From: Elusimicrobiota bacterium | GTDB lineage: Bacteria > Elusimicrobiota > Elusimicrobia > UBA1565 | Assembly: GCA_043827405.1 (NCBI GenBank) | Contig: JBDRPD010000034.1 | Location: forward strand, 1-64,000 | Direction: 5' to 3' | Length of the DNA stretch: 64,000 bases | Part shown: one piece after another, positions 46,246 through 56,512 of the stretch | Numbering within the stretch: the first letter of the stretch is position 1 | How the letters are laid out: every line of letters begins with the position of its first letter | Notes under the pieces: generated by a model | The model's input: only the letters and a program-made list of their open reading frames with translations | Databases searched by the model: none | Told to the model about the DNA's origin: nothing | Program-made: the position numbers and the translations under genes

Positions 46246-48174
46246 ATGTGCGGAATCTGCGGGATAGTCTACGACGAGCCGGGCCGCATGAACCCGGAGC
46301 GGCTGCGGTCGGCCAACGGCCTGATCGAGCACCGCGGTCCGGATGAGGAAGGCTATTACTCGGATGATCGCGCGGGGCTGGCGATGCGCCGGCTGTCGAT
46401 AATTGATCTCGCAACGGGACAGCAGCCGATCGCGAACCCGGCCGGAACCGTGCATATCGTCTTCAACGGTGAGATTTACAACTTCCCGGAGCTGCGCGAG
46501 GAGCTGGCGGCGCAAGGGTATCCTTTCAAGACGCGGTCGGACACCGAGGTAATTCTCGCGCTTTACGAGAAGGATGGGACGGCCTGCGTCCGCCGCCTGC
46601 GCGGGATGTTCGCGATCGCTATCTGGGACAAGCCCCGCCGGCGGCTGTTTCTGGCGCGCGACCGGGTCGGCAAGAAGCCGCTGGTGTATGCCGAGGGGCC
46701 CGGGTATCTGGCTTTCGGCTCCGAGCTGCGCACGCTGTTTAAGTGGCCCGGCATATCCCGTGATATTGATCCCGTGGCCGTCGACCTGTTTCTTTCGCTG
46801 CAGTACATCCCCAGCCCGCATACGATCTACCGCGGCATCCGCAAGCTCCCGCCCGCGCATACTTTGGTCTATGAGAACGGCAGGGCGGTTGTGGAGCGCT
46901 ACTGGGACCTCCCCGTTGATTCGCCCCCGATCTCCTGCGATCCGGTCGAGGCCGAGGAGCTGATCCGGCTCAAGCTTCGCGAGGCCGTGAAAATGCGCAT
47001 GATCTCGGAGGTCCCGCTCGGCGCCTTTTTGTCCGGCGGCATCGACTCTTCGATCATCGTGGCGCTTATGAGCGAGCTGTCCGAGCGGCCGGTTAAGACT
47101 TTTTCCATCGGCTTTGAGGAAGAAGAGTTCTCGGAGCTGCCCTTCGCCCGGGAGGTGGCGCAGGCCTACGGTACCGATCATACGGAGTTTATCGTTACCG
47201 CGGACATGGCGGATGTGCTGCCCAAGCTCGCTTGGCACTACGGCGAGCCGTACGCCGATCCCAGCGCCCTGCCGACCTATTACGTGTCGCGGGAGACGCG
47301 CAAGCATGTGACGGTCGCGCTCAACGGCGATGGGGGCGATGAGAACTTCGCCGGCTACATTCGCTATTTCGCCATGAAGGCGGCGCGCTATTACGACGCG
47401 GTGCCCTATCCGCTGCGCCGTCTTATGCAGGCGGGCGCGGAGTTCCTGCCCGAGAAAAACGCGCCGATCAGCACGCTCTGGAAGGCCAAGCGGTTTCTGC
47501 GCTCGGCGGTATTTACCGACATGCCGCGGCGCCATCTGAAGATGGCGAGCTTTTTTTCGGACGAAGACAAGCGAGACCTTTATGCGCCCGGCATGCGCCG
47601 CGCGCTCGGGCTTGCCGCCGGCTGCGTGCCCGACTCCGCGGACCGCTATATGACGGCGGCGTTTGACCGCTGCCGCGGAGCGGATTTCGTCAACCGCCTG
47701 CTCTACGCCGACTTCGCCACCTATCTTCCCGAATGCTTGATGACCAAGGTTGATATCGCATCCATGGCCGTGTCTTTGGAGGGGCGTTCGCCGTTTTTGG
47801 ACCACGAGTTCATTGAGACGGTTTACCGCATGCCGGGCGATTGGAAGCTGCGGGGCTTACGGGGCCATAAGTGGATACTCAAGCGCGCTTTTCAGCGGCA
47901 GCTTCCGGAGTCGATCAGCCGCCGCGGAAAAATGGGTTTCGGTATACCCCTGGGCTCTTGGTTCCGCGGCCGGCTGAAAGAGTATTGGCGGGAGCATGTG
48001 CTTTCTCCGGAAGGGCTCAGCCGCGGCCACTTCCGCCCGGAAGCGCTGCGCGAGATATGGGATGAGCATCAGAGCCGCCGGCGCGACCACGGCTACCGGA
48101 TGTGGGCGCTGCTCATGCTGGAGCTGTGGCACCGGCAGTATGCGTCCGACTTCAAGGGCTGGGGCGAACCATGA
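46246..48174 (+). CDS. asnB: Asparagine synthase (glutamine-hydrolysing)-type amidotransferase, probably sugar amidation
   Basis: MCGICG, HRGPD, RLSIIDL, FNGEIYN, ARDR.GKKPL, LSGGIDSS, GDGGDE.FAGY, KVD..SM..SLE.RSPFLD. Sits in a glycosylation cluster. Confidence 0.92.
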   Translation: MCGICGIVYDEPGRMNPERLRSANGLIEHRGPDEEGYYSDDRAGLAMRRLSIIDLATGQQPIANPAGTVHIVFNGEIYNFPELREELAAQGYPFKTRSDTEVILALYEKDGTACVRRLRGMFAIAIWDKPRRRLFLARDRVGKKPLVYAEGPGYLAFGSELRTLFKWPGISRDIDPVAVDLFLSLQYIPSPHTIYRGIRKLPPAHTLVYENGRAVVERYWDLPVDSPPISCDPVEAEELIRLKLREAVKMRMISEVPLGAFLSGGIDSSIIVALMSELSERPVKTFSIGFEEEEFSELPFAREVAQAYGTDHTEFIVTADMADVLPKLAWHYGEPYADPSALPTYYVSRETRKHVTVALNGDGGDENFAGYIRYFAMKAARYYDAVPYPLRRLMQAGAEFLPEKNAPISTLWKAKRFLRSAVFTDMPRRHLKMASFFSDEDKRDLYAPGMRRALGLAAGCVPDSADRYMTAAFDRCRGADFVNRLLYADFATYLPECLMTKVDIASMAVSLEGRSPFLDHEFIETVYRMPGDWKLRGLRGHKWILKRAFQRQLPESISRRGKMGFGIPLGSWFRGRLKEYWREHVLSPEGLSRGHFRPEALREIWDEHQSRRRDHGYRMWALLMLELWHRQYASDFKGWGEP

Positions 48175-49190
48175 ACTGTCCCGCCTGCGGGACGGGGGCC
48201 GCGCCGCGCTTGCGGGAGACGCACCGGGATCCCATAAGCGCCGCGGAGTACCGGATTTTCGCCTGTGCCGGCTGCGGGGTGGAGTTCTCCGAGCCGCGCG
48301 CGGCGGTCGGGGGGGATTGGTATGCCGCTGCGGCGCCGCTGCGGCTGTCGGAGTTCGACCGCGCTCCGCGGAAGGATTTGAGGTTCGCGGCGTTTTTCGC
48401 CGAACGGCTGTCTCCGGGCAGCCTGCTTGACGTCGGCTGCGGCGACGGAGGGTTTTTGCTGCTGGCGCGGGAGCGGGGCTGGCAGGTCGCCGGCTTCGAT
48501 TACGACGAGCGGGTGGCGGCGGCGGCCCGCGCCGCGGGCCTGCCGGACGTGTCCTCTCAGGAGTTCGCGGAGTTCGTGCGCGGCCGCGCCGCGGGGGAGT
48601 TCGACGCCGTCACGCTTTTCGACGTGCTCGAGCATATGCCTGAGCCGCTGCGTTTTCTGCAGGAGCTCAAGCGGCTGCTTAAGCCGGGGGGAGTTATCGC
48701 TGTTACCTTCCCCAATGCGCGCCGCCCCATGCCTTGGGGGCGCGAGCTGCATGATTATCCGCCGCACCACTTCACGCGCTGGACGGGGGACGTCTTGCGC
48801 GGGTTCCTGGAGCGCAACGGCTTTTCGATTATCCGGCTCGAAGACCGTCGCCTGCGCGTCTACTATTTCGCCGAGCATTTATTTTTCTACGGCGTCATGC
48901 GCCGCCTGCTGCCGGTAATCAAACGCCTGCTGTTCGGCGCCGCCGCCGGCGCCGAAAGCGTCTCGCAGCTTTATGCCGCGGACGCGGCGAATACGCGATG
49001 CGGCCTGCGCGGGGCCTTTAGCGGCAAGGAGGCGCGGCACCGCTGGGTGACGGCGCTTAAGCGGTCGTTGGCGGTATTTATTTACCCCGTCGCGTTCTGT
49101 ATGGCCGTTTATTTTCGCCTGACCCGCCGCCGCTGCGGAGAGCATATCTTCGCGCTCGCGCGCCTAAACGTCCGACGGGAAAAAGTATAA
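48171..49190 (+). CDS. Class I SAM-dependent methyltransferase with an N-terminal CxxC...CxxC
   Basis: MNCPACG...CAGCG, LLDVGCGDG, FD.VTLFDVLEH..EP, PPHH...W. Confidence 0.87.
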   Translation: MNCPACGTGAAPRLRETHRDPISAAEYRIFACAGCGVEFSEPRAAVGGDWYAAAAPLRLSEFDRAPRKDLRFAAFFAERLSPGSLLDVGCGDGGFLLLARERGWQVAGFDYDERVAAAARAAGLPDVSSQEFAEFVRGRAAGEFDAVTLFDVLEHMPEPLRFLQELKRLLKPGGVIAVTFPNARRPMPWGRELHDYPPHHFTRWTGDVLRGFLERNGFSIIRLEDRRLRVYYFAEHLFFYGVMRRLLPVIKRLLFGAAAGAESVSQLYAADAANTRCGLRGAFSGKEARHRWVTALKRSLAVFIYPVAFCMAVYFRLTRRRCGEHIFALARLNVRREKV

Positions 49191-49191
49191 T
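49186..49191 (+). promoter_or_regulatory. Possible internal -10 element (TATAAT) overlapping the upstream stop codon
   Basis: Perfect TATAAT in GC-rich DNA, 17 nt before GTG49209. Confidence 0.35.
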
Positions 49192-49208
49192 CCCCTGCAG
49201 GTGAAATC

Positions 49209-49904
49209 GTGAGCGAACTCGATCTTTCGATCGTTATCCCCACTCTCAATGAAGCCGCTAATATCGGCCCCGTCCTGCGCGGAATTTGCCAGCAGGCCGA
49301 ACGCCTTGGTTTGCGCTATGAGGCGTTTATCGTCGACGGCCCGTCGACGGATGGCACGGGAAAGGAGGCCGCGGCGGCGGGCGCCCGGGTTGTCGAGGAG
49401 CATGCGGGAGGGTTCGGCCGGGCGGTGCGCCGCGGCTTGACCGAAGCGCGGGGCGAGTTCGTGCTGCTGATGGACGCGGACGGCTCGCATTCCGCCGCGG
49501 TATTCCCCGAGATATGGGCCAAGCGCCTGCAGGCGGACCTCGTGATCGGTTCCCGCCTGGTGGCGGGAGGGGGGATGGAAATTCCGCCGCATCGCCGGCT
49601 GCTGACGCATATTCTCAACGGATTTTTCCGGCTCCTCTTCGGTCTGCCCGCACGCGACTGCTCGAGCGGTTATCGGCTTTACCGGGCGTCGGCCGTCGGG
49701 AATGTGGAAGGCATCGCCCAGGGCTTCGATATCCAGCAGGAGAACCTTATTAAGATGGTGCGCGCCGGCGGTCGTGTCGCGGAGGTGCCGATCTACTATG
49801 CTTGGCGCACGGAAGGGGTGTCGAAGGCGAAGATATTGAAATTCGGTCTCGGGTACCTGCGCTTGGTCGCCCGCTATTGGCGCGGCGGTCGCGGCGGTGC
49901 ATAA
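49209..49904 (+). CDS. GT2 polyprenol-phosphate glycosyltransferase (DPM-synthase-like)
   Basis: SIVIPTLNEA, VDG.STDGT, MDADGSH, VIGSR..GG, D.SSGYR.Y, EVPI....R..G.SK. Confidence 0.9.
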   Translation: MSELDLSIVIPTLNEAANIGPVLRGICQQAERLGLRYEAFIVDGPSTDGTGKEAAAAGARVVEEHAGGFGRAVRRGLTEARGEFVLLMDADGSHSAAVFPEIWAKRLQADLVIGSRLVAGGGMEIPPHRRLLTHILNGFFRLLFGLPARDCSSGYRLYRASAVGNVEGIAQGFDIQQENLIKMVRAGGRVAEVPIYYAWRTEGVSKAKILKFGLGYLRLVARYWRGGRGGA

Positions 49905-51661
49905 TGTTTGATGTGCGCGGCAAAGAGTCCTATGCGCTGATTATTGTTTTGGGGCTGCTGCTGGGGCTCAGCGGAATCCGCTGGGGCATTCCGGAAGACG
50001 GCCGCCTGCGGCGCATTCTGCCGCCCGGCCTGCACGGACCGCAATTCCATGCGGAACTGATCTCGGCCTGGGAGGACATCCACCGGCGCTTGGGGCCGAA
50101 CCTAATGCTTAATCCGGAATCCTTCGCCACCTTTTCGCAGGTGCAGGACGCCCCGGCCGGCTGGCAAAAGCCGCCGCGGTTTCTGTATAACGCCGTGCGC
50201 TCGTTCCATGTGCGCTCCGTTCACGACGACGAGCAGTCCGTCTTTCTGGCGCTTTCCAAGATGCGCCCGCGCCGCCTGGACTTCAACCCCCACTTCTTTA
50301 CCTACGGCGGAGTTTACATTTACGGAGTCGGCGCCTGGCTGGGCGTCGGAGCGCTGCTGGGCGCGGTGGACCTGCACTCTTCGCTGCTGCCGTACCTCAA
50401 CGAGCCCGTAAAGATGGGCGGGATGTACTTCTGGGGACGGCTGCTGTCGGTTGGGGCCTATATCGGCTGCGGCCTGATGCTCTTCGCGCTCGGGCGGACC
50501 TTTTTGCGCCGCCGGGCGGCGCTGCTGGCGGCGGTGCTGTTTATGCTTTCGCCGGCGGTCGTCGTCCAGGCGCATACGATGAAGCAGCATTCGCTGTGGA
50601 CCTTCCTTTCCTTCGCGACGCTGTATCTCTGCCTGCGGGTTCGCGAGCGCGGCGGGTGGCGGGAGTATCTGGCCGCCGGCGCGGTGGCGGGGCTGACCGT
50701 GGGGGCGGCGCTTAACGCCTGGCCGACCTGCCTCTATATCGCCGCCGCCGCCCTGCTGCGGACGCGCGAGAAGCCGGCGCGGTGGCGGACGGAGCTGCTG
50801 CGTCTCGCCGCCGCCGCCGCCGCGAGCGTCGCGGTGTTCTTCGCGACCAACCCCTACTGGCTGCTGGATTATGCCCACGCGTATCAGGAGTTCGTGGTGC
50901 TGACAGGCTATACTACGGCGAACCTTCTGAGTCCGGTGCGGATATTCACCGGCAGCTTCCGCCACGCCGTGACGACGCCGGTTTTCCTCCTGATCTGCGC
51001 GGGGATCGCCTGGGCGCTGACCTCCGGGCGGCGCAATCAGGGCGCGCTGCTGTGTCTGTGCGCGTTTTTCGTCATGCTGGCGGCCTCGGTTACCTCGCAG
51101 CTCACGGTCGGGATGCGGCAGATCCGCTACTTCCTGCCCATTGTGGGGACGGGCGCGCTGCTGGCGGCCGGCTGTGCCGATGACCTGCTGCTGCGGTTTC
51201 CCCGCTGGCGCCGGACCGCGGTCGCGGGGCTGGCGCTCGTCGTCGCCAATGTGGGAATGGCCGGCGCGCTCTACGCCTTAAACTTTCAGCGTACGTCGGC
51301 GCCGGGCTCGAACCATTACCGGGCCGGCGACTGGATCGCCGCGCAGGTGCCGGCAGGCGCCGTCATCGGCATGCTGCGCGATCCCGCGCCGTCCAACAGC
51401 GCCTACTTCCCGCTGTATCGCTACGGAATCCGGCTTATTCCGCCGGAGCTCTTCGGGACGCTCGAGCCCGAGCGCCTGCCGGACTATCTTGTACTGTCGG
51501 TGCCGGACTACGGACAGCGGGAGTCGCTCGAACCGAATTTGTCGCGCGAGTTTGAGCCGGCCGCCGAGTTCCTGCGTCCCCGGCTGGCGTGGAGCGAAAT
51601 CCAGCTGAGCGCCACCACGGCCAACCCCCCGATCATGGTGTACCGGAGGAAAGCTAAATGA
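49904..51661 (+). CDS. GT-C (PMT/ArnT-like, GT39/GT83) membrane glycosyltransferase
   Basis: RWGIP, HDDE, NPHFF.Y, GRLLS, SP..V..AH..K, RYFLP. Start ATG49904. Confidence 0.78.
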   Translation: MFDVRGKESYALIIVLGLLLGLSGIRWGIPEDGRLRRILPPGLHGPQFHAELISAWEDIHRRLGPNLMLNPESFATFSQVQDAPAGWQKPPRFLYNAVRSFHVRSVHDDEQSVFLALSKMRPRRLDFNPHFFTYGGVYIYGVGAWLGVGALLGAVDLHSSLLPYLNEPVKMGGMYFWGRLLSVGAYIGCGLMLFALGRTFLRRRAALLAAVLFMLSPAVVVQAHTMKQHSLWTFLSFATLYLCLRVRERGGWREYLAAGAVAGLTVGAALNAWPTCLYIAAAALLRTREKPARWRTELLRLAAAAAASVAVFFATNPYWLLDYAHAYQEFVVLTGYTTANLLSPVRIFTGSFRHAVTTPVFLLICAGIAWALTSGRRNQGALLCLCAFFVMLAASVTSQLTVGMRQIRYFLPIVGTGALLAAGCADDLLLRFPRWRRTAVAGLALVVANVGMAGALYALNFQRTSAPGSNHYRAGDWIAAQVPAGAVIGMLRDPAPSNSAYFPLYRYGIRLIPPELFGTLEPERLPDYLVLSVPDYGQRESLEPNLSREFEPAAEFLRPRLAWSEIQLSATTANPPIMVYRRKAK

Positions 51662-52875
51662 TTTTTTCGATCGTCATCCCGGCCTACAACGAGGAGGGCT
51701 CGGTGCAGGAGATCCTCCGCCGCAGCCTCGCGGCGGGCGGACATCTGGTGGCGGCGGGCGCCGGCGTGACGGAGGTCGAAGTGATCCTGGTGAGTGACGG
51801 GTCGAGCGACCGCACCGAAGAGCTGGCGCGCGGCATTGCGGGGGTGAAGGTGATCGCCTATCCCCATAATCGCGGCTACGGCGCGGCGATCAAGACGGGT
51901 TTTGCGGCCGCGCGCGGCGAGTGGCTGAGCTTTCTGGACGCGGACGGCACCTGCGATCCCGAGTTTTTTCACGAGCTCCTCGCGGCGGCGCGCGAGGAAG
52001 GGCTCGATGTGGTGCTGGGTTCGCGGATGCATCCCGGCAGCAAGATGCCTCCCGTGAGGGTGCTGGGCAACTGGATATTCCGCACCATCGTCAATCTCAT
52101 CGGCGAGTCGGACGTTACGGATACCGCCAGCGGCATGCGCATCCTGCGCCGCAGCGCGCTCGACCGCCTGGCGCCGCTGCCGGACGGGCTGCATTTTACG
52201 CCGGCGATGAGCGTGCGGGCGATCCTCGATCCCGAGCTCAAGATCGGCGAACGGCCGATGCCGTACGAGGAGCGGGTCGGGCGCTCGAAGCTGAGCGTGC
52301 TGCGGGACGGAGTGCGCTTCCTGCGCGTTATCCTGGAGACGGCGCTGACCTACCGCCCGCTCAAGTTCTTCGGCTGGGCGGCGGCGGCGCTGGCCCTGCC
52401 GGCGGTCCTGCTGCTGCTGCTGCGCCTCGGCGGCCCCACCGAGGCGCCGGTTCCGTTCTATATCAGCCGCGGGCGTATCGAGGACTGGATGTTTTTCCGC
52501 CTGATTCTGACGTCGGTCCTCTTCGCTTCATCGGTCTTTCTTCTGTCGTTGGGCCTGGTCGCGCAGTCGCTGGTCGGCATCATCAACCATGAGAAAGCCG
52601 CGCCGGACGGCTGGCCGCGGGCGGTGACGGATCGCTTCGCTTTATGGGGGGCGCTTAGCTTGGCCGCCGCGCTCGTCATCAACAAGCGCCCGCTGCTGTC
52701 GTACTGGCGAACGGGAGAAATCCCGGCCGAGTTCTGGGTCTTCCCCGTCGCCGGGGCGCTGTTCGTTCTGATCGGACTGCAGCTGCTGGCGTTCTATGTC
52801 GTCGCCGGTCTCTCGCGGCTGCTGTGGGAGCGTGAGCGTTATCGACGGCCCTCCGCGGGGGAGGACTCGCAGTGA
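51658..52875 (+). CDS. GT2 glycosyltransferase with C-terminal TM helices
   Basis: SIVIPAYNEE, DGSSD.T, NRGYGAAIKTG, DADGT, D..SGMR, Y.ER.G.SKL...DG. Confidence 0.9.
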   Translation: MIFSIVIPAYNEEGSVQEILRRSLAAGGHLVAAGAGVTEVEVILVSDGSSDRTEELARGIAGVKVIAYPHNRGYGAAIKTGFAAARGEWLSFLDADGTCDPEFFHELLAAAREEGLDVVLGSRMHPGSKMPPVRVLGNWIFRTIVNLIGESDVTDTASGMRILRRSALDRLAPLPDGLHFTPAMSVRAILDPELKIGERPMPYEERVGRSKLSVLRDGVRFLRVILETALTYRPLKFFGWAAAALALPAVLLLLLRLGGPTEAPVPFYISRGRIEDWMFFRLILTSVLFASSVFLLSLGLVAQSLVGIINHEKAAPDGWPRAVTDRFALWGALSLAAALVINKRPLLSYWRTGEIPAEFWVFPVAGALFVLIGLQLLAFYVVAGLSRLLWERERYRRPSAGEDSQ

Positions 52876-54146
52876 CCGAAAGGCGCGCCCTGATTATTAT
52901 CCTGGCCGCCGCCTTCTTCGTCCGTGTTTTGTACTGCTGGGGCTTCGGTCCTTATGAGCCCGGCGGGGACATCCCGAGCTACGACCATTATCAAAATCTG
53001 GCGCACAGCTTGTATACGACCGGATCCCTGAGGCTGGACGGCGACTTGAGCGCCTTCCGCGAGCCGGCCTATCCGATGTTCCTCGCCGCGCTGTATCGTG
53101 TCGCGGGCGAGAGCTTCCCGGTGCTGTGGATCGCGCAGTCCTTGGTCGACGTTTTGACCGTCTGGCTGGTATTCCTGCTGGGACGGCGCATCTTCAGCCG
53201 CAATGTCGCCTGGGCCGCTGCGGTCTTCGCGGCGTTTTATCCGCAGATGATCTACTATGCGGCCGAGCCGCGGCGGGAGAGCTTTCTGGTCTGCGCGCTC
53301 GCCCTGGCGATGTGGGCCACCATCACCGCCGGAGAAAAACCGAAGGACGCCCGCTTCCTGGTGGCGGGCCTGCTGTGGGCGGTTCCGCCGCTGACCAAGT
53401 CGGTCTACCTGCCGGTCGGGGTGCTCGCGGCGGTTGTCGTCTGGCTGCTGGGGCGGCGGCGCGAACAGGACCTGCGGCGGGGAGCGGCGGTATTCCTCGC
53501 GGCTTTTCTCGGCGTCTATGCGCTGTGGCCGCTGCGCAACTACCTGGTATTCGGCCAGTTTATCCCCGGGATTACGGGCGGCGGGGGGCATCTCTACGTC
53601 GGCCTCATCGTTCCCGACAAGGATGCCGGGACGTCCGCCGAGGAAAAGTATATCCTCAACGCCGAGGGCATGAAGTCGGCGGCCCGGTTGGGCCGCGAGG
53701 GCAAGCTCAACGTCGCGGAGCATAATGAAAATCTTGACCGGCACTTCTACCGCGAGTCGGCGCACTGGATCATGAAAAATCCCGGGCGGTTCACTCTGCG
53801 CTTGATTCTGAGCGCGCTCAAGCTGTGGCGCTTGTACCCGTATGAGCGGGATTACGGAAGGAACTACCGCCTGCTTAAATGGGTCAGTCTGCTTTCCGAC
53901 GGCTGGCTGATTCCGTTGGCGCTGGCCGGCATGCTGTTGGCCGGCCGCAAGTTTCCGCCAGCCGATCTCTTTCTGGTCACGCTGTTGGCGGCGACATTTG
54001 TCTATATGATATTCTGGGCCGTTATTCGTTACCGGCTGCCTCTTATGCCTTATATATTCCTCTACGCTGCGTACGCGCTGGAGCGCGCGGTTCTCCGGGT
54101 TCGGCCCGGAGCCCTGCCGTTTCCCGCATCCAAGGAGGCTGCATGA
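52872..54146 (+). CDS. GT-C (ArnT/PMT-like) membrane glycosyltransferase
   Basis: Y..LA.SL, FREPAYP.FLA, A.YP....Y......E, W..RNY..FG.F, RYRLP..P. Confidence 0.8.
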   Translation: MTERRALIIILAAAFFVRVLYCWGFGPYEPGGDIPSYDHYQNLAHSLYTTGSLRLDGDLSAFREPAYPMFLAALYRVAGESFPVLWIAQSLVDVLTVWLVFLLGRRIFSRNVAWAAAVFAAFYPQMIYYAAEPRRESFLVCALALAMWATITAGEKPKDARFLVAGLLWAVPPLTKSVYLPVGVLAAVVVWLLGRRREQDLRRGAAVFLAAFLGVYALWPLRNYLVFGQFIPGITGGGGHLYVGLIVPDKDAGTSAEEKYILNAEGMKSAARLGREGKLNVAEHNENLDRHFYRESAHWIMKNPGRFTLRLILSALKLWRLYPYERDYGRNYRLLKWVSLLSDGWLIPLALAGMLLAGRKFPPADLFLVTLLAATFVYMIFWAVIRYRLPLMPYIFLYAAYALERAVLRVRPGALPFPASKEAA

Positions 54147-55144
54147 GTTTTTGGGACGGCAAGAAGGTCCTGGTCACCGGGGGCGGCGGTTTTATCGGCA
54201 GCCATACCGCCGAAATGCTGCTGACGGCGGGACAAGACGTCAAGGTCACGGTGGCCGATGATTTTTCGCGGGGGCTGCGTGAGAATCTCGCCGACATCAA
54301 GGACCGCATCCGTATCGAGCGGGCGCAGCTGCAGGATATGGCGGACTGCCGGCGCGTATGCCGGGGGCAGGACGTCGTGATCAACCTGGCGGCCAAAGTC
54401 GGCGGAGTGGGCTACAACGCGGTGCACCCGGCGACCATGTTCCGGGAGAATGTGCGGCTGAGCACCTATATGATGCAGGCCGCGCAGGAAGCCGCCGTGG
54501 AGCGGTTCGCGGTGATCAGTTCGGCCTGCGTATACCGTCGTCACTGTACGATCCCGACACCCGAGACGGAGGGCTTTGCGGGGTGGCCGGAGTTTACCAA
54601 CGAAGGCTACGGCTGGGCCAAGCGCATGGCGGAGTTCGAGGCGGAGGCGATCCATAAGGAGTTCGGCATGAAGGCGGCGATCCTGCGGCCCTACAACTGC
54701 TACGGCCCGCGGGATCATTTCGACCCCAAAACTTCGCATGTTATCGCGGCGCTCATCCAGCGGGTGCTGGGCGGAGAGAACCCCGTGCGCGTCTGGGGCG
54801 ACGGCTCGCAAACGCGGGCGTTTCTTTACGTTGAGGATTTCGCCCGCGGCGTGCTGGAGGTGACCGAGCGTTACGCGGAATGCGATCCGATAAACCTCGG
54901 CGCCGACGAGGAGGTCCCGATCCGCGACCTGATCGATATGATCATCGAGCTGACCGGCTCGCGGGCCGCGGTGGAATTTGACACCACCAAGCCGGCGGGC
55001 CAGCCCCGCCGCAACTGCGATACTAAAAAGGCGCGCGAGAAGACGGGCTTTACCGCGCAGGTGAGCCTCAAAGAGGGGCTGCGGCGGACCATCGAATGGT
55101 ACAAGAAAACCCATGAAACGAAGCTTGATTCTGCTGACGTATAA
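54143..55144 (+). CDS. NAD-dependent epimerase/dehydratase (GDP-fucose synthase / GDP-mannose epimerase-like)
   Basis: VLVTGGGGFIG, NLAA.VGG.G.N, SSACVY, YGWAK, YGP.D.F....SHVI.ALI, VWGDG...R.FLYV.D. AAGGAGG SD before ATG54143. Confidence 0.9.
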   Translation: MSFWDGKKVLVTGGGGFIGSHTAEMLLTAGQDVKVTVADDFSRGLRENLADIKDRIRIERAQLQDMADCRRVCRGQDVVINLAAKVGGVGYNAVHPATMFRENVRLSTYMMQAAQEAAVERFAVISSACVYRRHCTIPTPETEGFAGWPEFTNEGYGWAKRMAEFEAEAIHKEFGMKAAILRPYNCYGPRDHFDPKTSHVIAALIQRVLGGENPVRVWGDGSQTRAFLYVEDFARGVLEVTERYAECDPINLGADEEVPIRDLIDMIIELTGSRAAVEFDTTKPAGQPRRNCDTKKAREKTGFTAQVSLKEGLRRTIEWYKKTHETKLDSADV

Positions 55145-55802
55145 CGAGATAGAAGCCGCGCCGAAGGTCCTGGAGAACGTTCCGCTCGACTGCGCCGACG
55201 AGGTCATCGCGGTCGACGGCGGATCACAGGACGGAACCATCGACTTTTTGCGGTCCAAGGGGCTGCGCGTGGCGGTGCAGGAGAAGCGCGGCCGCGGCAT
55301 CGCCTTCCAGGTCGGGATGGAGGAGTCGCAGGGCGACCACGTCGTCTACTTCAGCCTCGACGGCAACGAGGACCCCGACGATATCCCGAAGCTCTTCGCG
55401 GTGCTGGAGGAGGGCGCCGATATCGCGATCGCTTCGCGCATGATGCGCGGCGCCTTTAACGAGGAGGATGTCCAGTGGATCCGCCTGCGCAAGTGGGTCA
55501 ACCACCTATTCTCCAATATCGCCAATATCCTATGGAATCGCGGCTGCTATGTCACCGACACGATTAACGGTTTTCGCGGCATCACTCGCAAGGCATTCGC
55601 CGCCGCCTGCCCGGACGCCGACGGTTTCGTTATTGAGTATCAGATGTCGATTCGGGCGATGAAAAAAGGGATGAAGATCGTCGAGATCCCCACCCATGAA
55701 GGCCAGCGCCTCGGCGGCGAAAGCACGGCCAAGTCATTTCCCACCGGGGTGATCTTTATTAAGCAGCTGCTTAAGGAAATCCGGTTAGGCCGCGCGTTCT
55801 GA
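55113..55802 (+). CDS. GT2 glycosyltransferase (DPM-synthase-like)
   Basis: TYNE, VDGGS.DGT, DGNEDP.DIP, ASR, TD.INGFR, EIPT.EG.R.GG. Confidence 0.87.
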   Translation: MKRSLILLTYNEIEAAPKVLENVPLDCADEVIAVDGGSQDGTIDFLRSKGLRVAVQEKRGRGIAFQVGMEESQGDHVVYFSLDGNEDPDDIPKLFAVLEEGADIAIASRMMRGAFNEEDVQWIRLRKWVNHLFSNIANILWNRGCYVTDTINGFRGITRKAFAAACPDADGFVIEYQMSIRAMKKGMKIVEIPTHEGQRLGGESTAKSFPTGVIFIKQLLKEIRLGRAF

Positions 55803-55816
55803 GCGGCGTTCTGCCT

Positions 55817-56512
55817 TTATATATTGAAGGTCTCGAAGCCCGTGAGCATCTTCACGTCGGCTCCCGTGTGCTCGGCAGCTATCTTCTTTAGGAATTCGGC
55901 GGCGGCCGTCTCCCGCTCCAGCTCGACCGAGTAGGTGAGGATCAGCCGGCCGCCGAGCACCTCCGAGCTTAGCAGGGAGCAATGGCCCCCGGCGAGCCGC
56001 CGCAGCGTTCGCTCTAGTTCGGAAGTGCGGTCGGAATCATCCGGCAGCGCGACGCGCACCAGCCGTTCCTCGCGGCGGATGGTGCCGAACTGAATGCGGT
56101 CGAGAAGAAGGACCATGCCGGAAGCCATGCCGGTGAAAATGATCGCAAACCAGTATAGTCGCACTCCGCAGGCCATGCCGACGGCCATCGATAGGAAGAT
56201 GAAGGCCGTATCGCGCGACTCGCGCACTGCGTTTCGGTAGCGGATGATCGACAGTGCGCCGACTAGGCTGAAGGCGCGCGCCAGGTTGCTGCCGATGATC
56301 AGCATGATGAACGAGATGGTCACGGCCATTAGAATCATGGTGACGCTGAATGAGCGCGAGTAGGATACGCCGGAGTGGGTCCGGCGATAGACCAGGCCGA
56401 CGACCATCGCTAACGCGAAGCTCAGCAGGAGGCTTATCACGAACTCAAGAGAGGTGAAGCCGGCGCCGTTTTCTGCAGACCGCACGGCGAGCTGTTTGAG
56501 GAATTCATCCAT
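55817..56512 (-). CDS. DUF4956 family membrane protein
   Basis: Y..TH.G.SYS.SF, IGSNLARAF.LVGALSIIR.R.A.....D..FIF..MA.GMA.G, with a C-terminal soluble domain. Confidence 0.88.
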   Translation of the reverse strand: MDEFLKQLAVRSAENGAGFTSLEFVISLLLSFALAMVVGLVYRRTHSGVSYSRSFSVTMILMAVTISFIMLIIGSNLARAFSLVGALSIIRYRNAVRESRDTAFIFLSMAVGMACGVRLYWFAIIFTGMASGMVLLLDRIQFGTIRREERLVRVALPDDSDRTSELERTLRRLAGGHCSLLSSEVLGGRLILTYSVELERETAAAEFLKKIAAEHTGADVKMLTGFETFNI

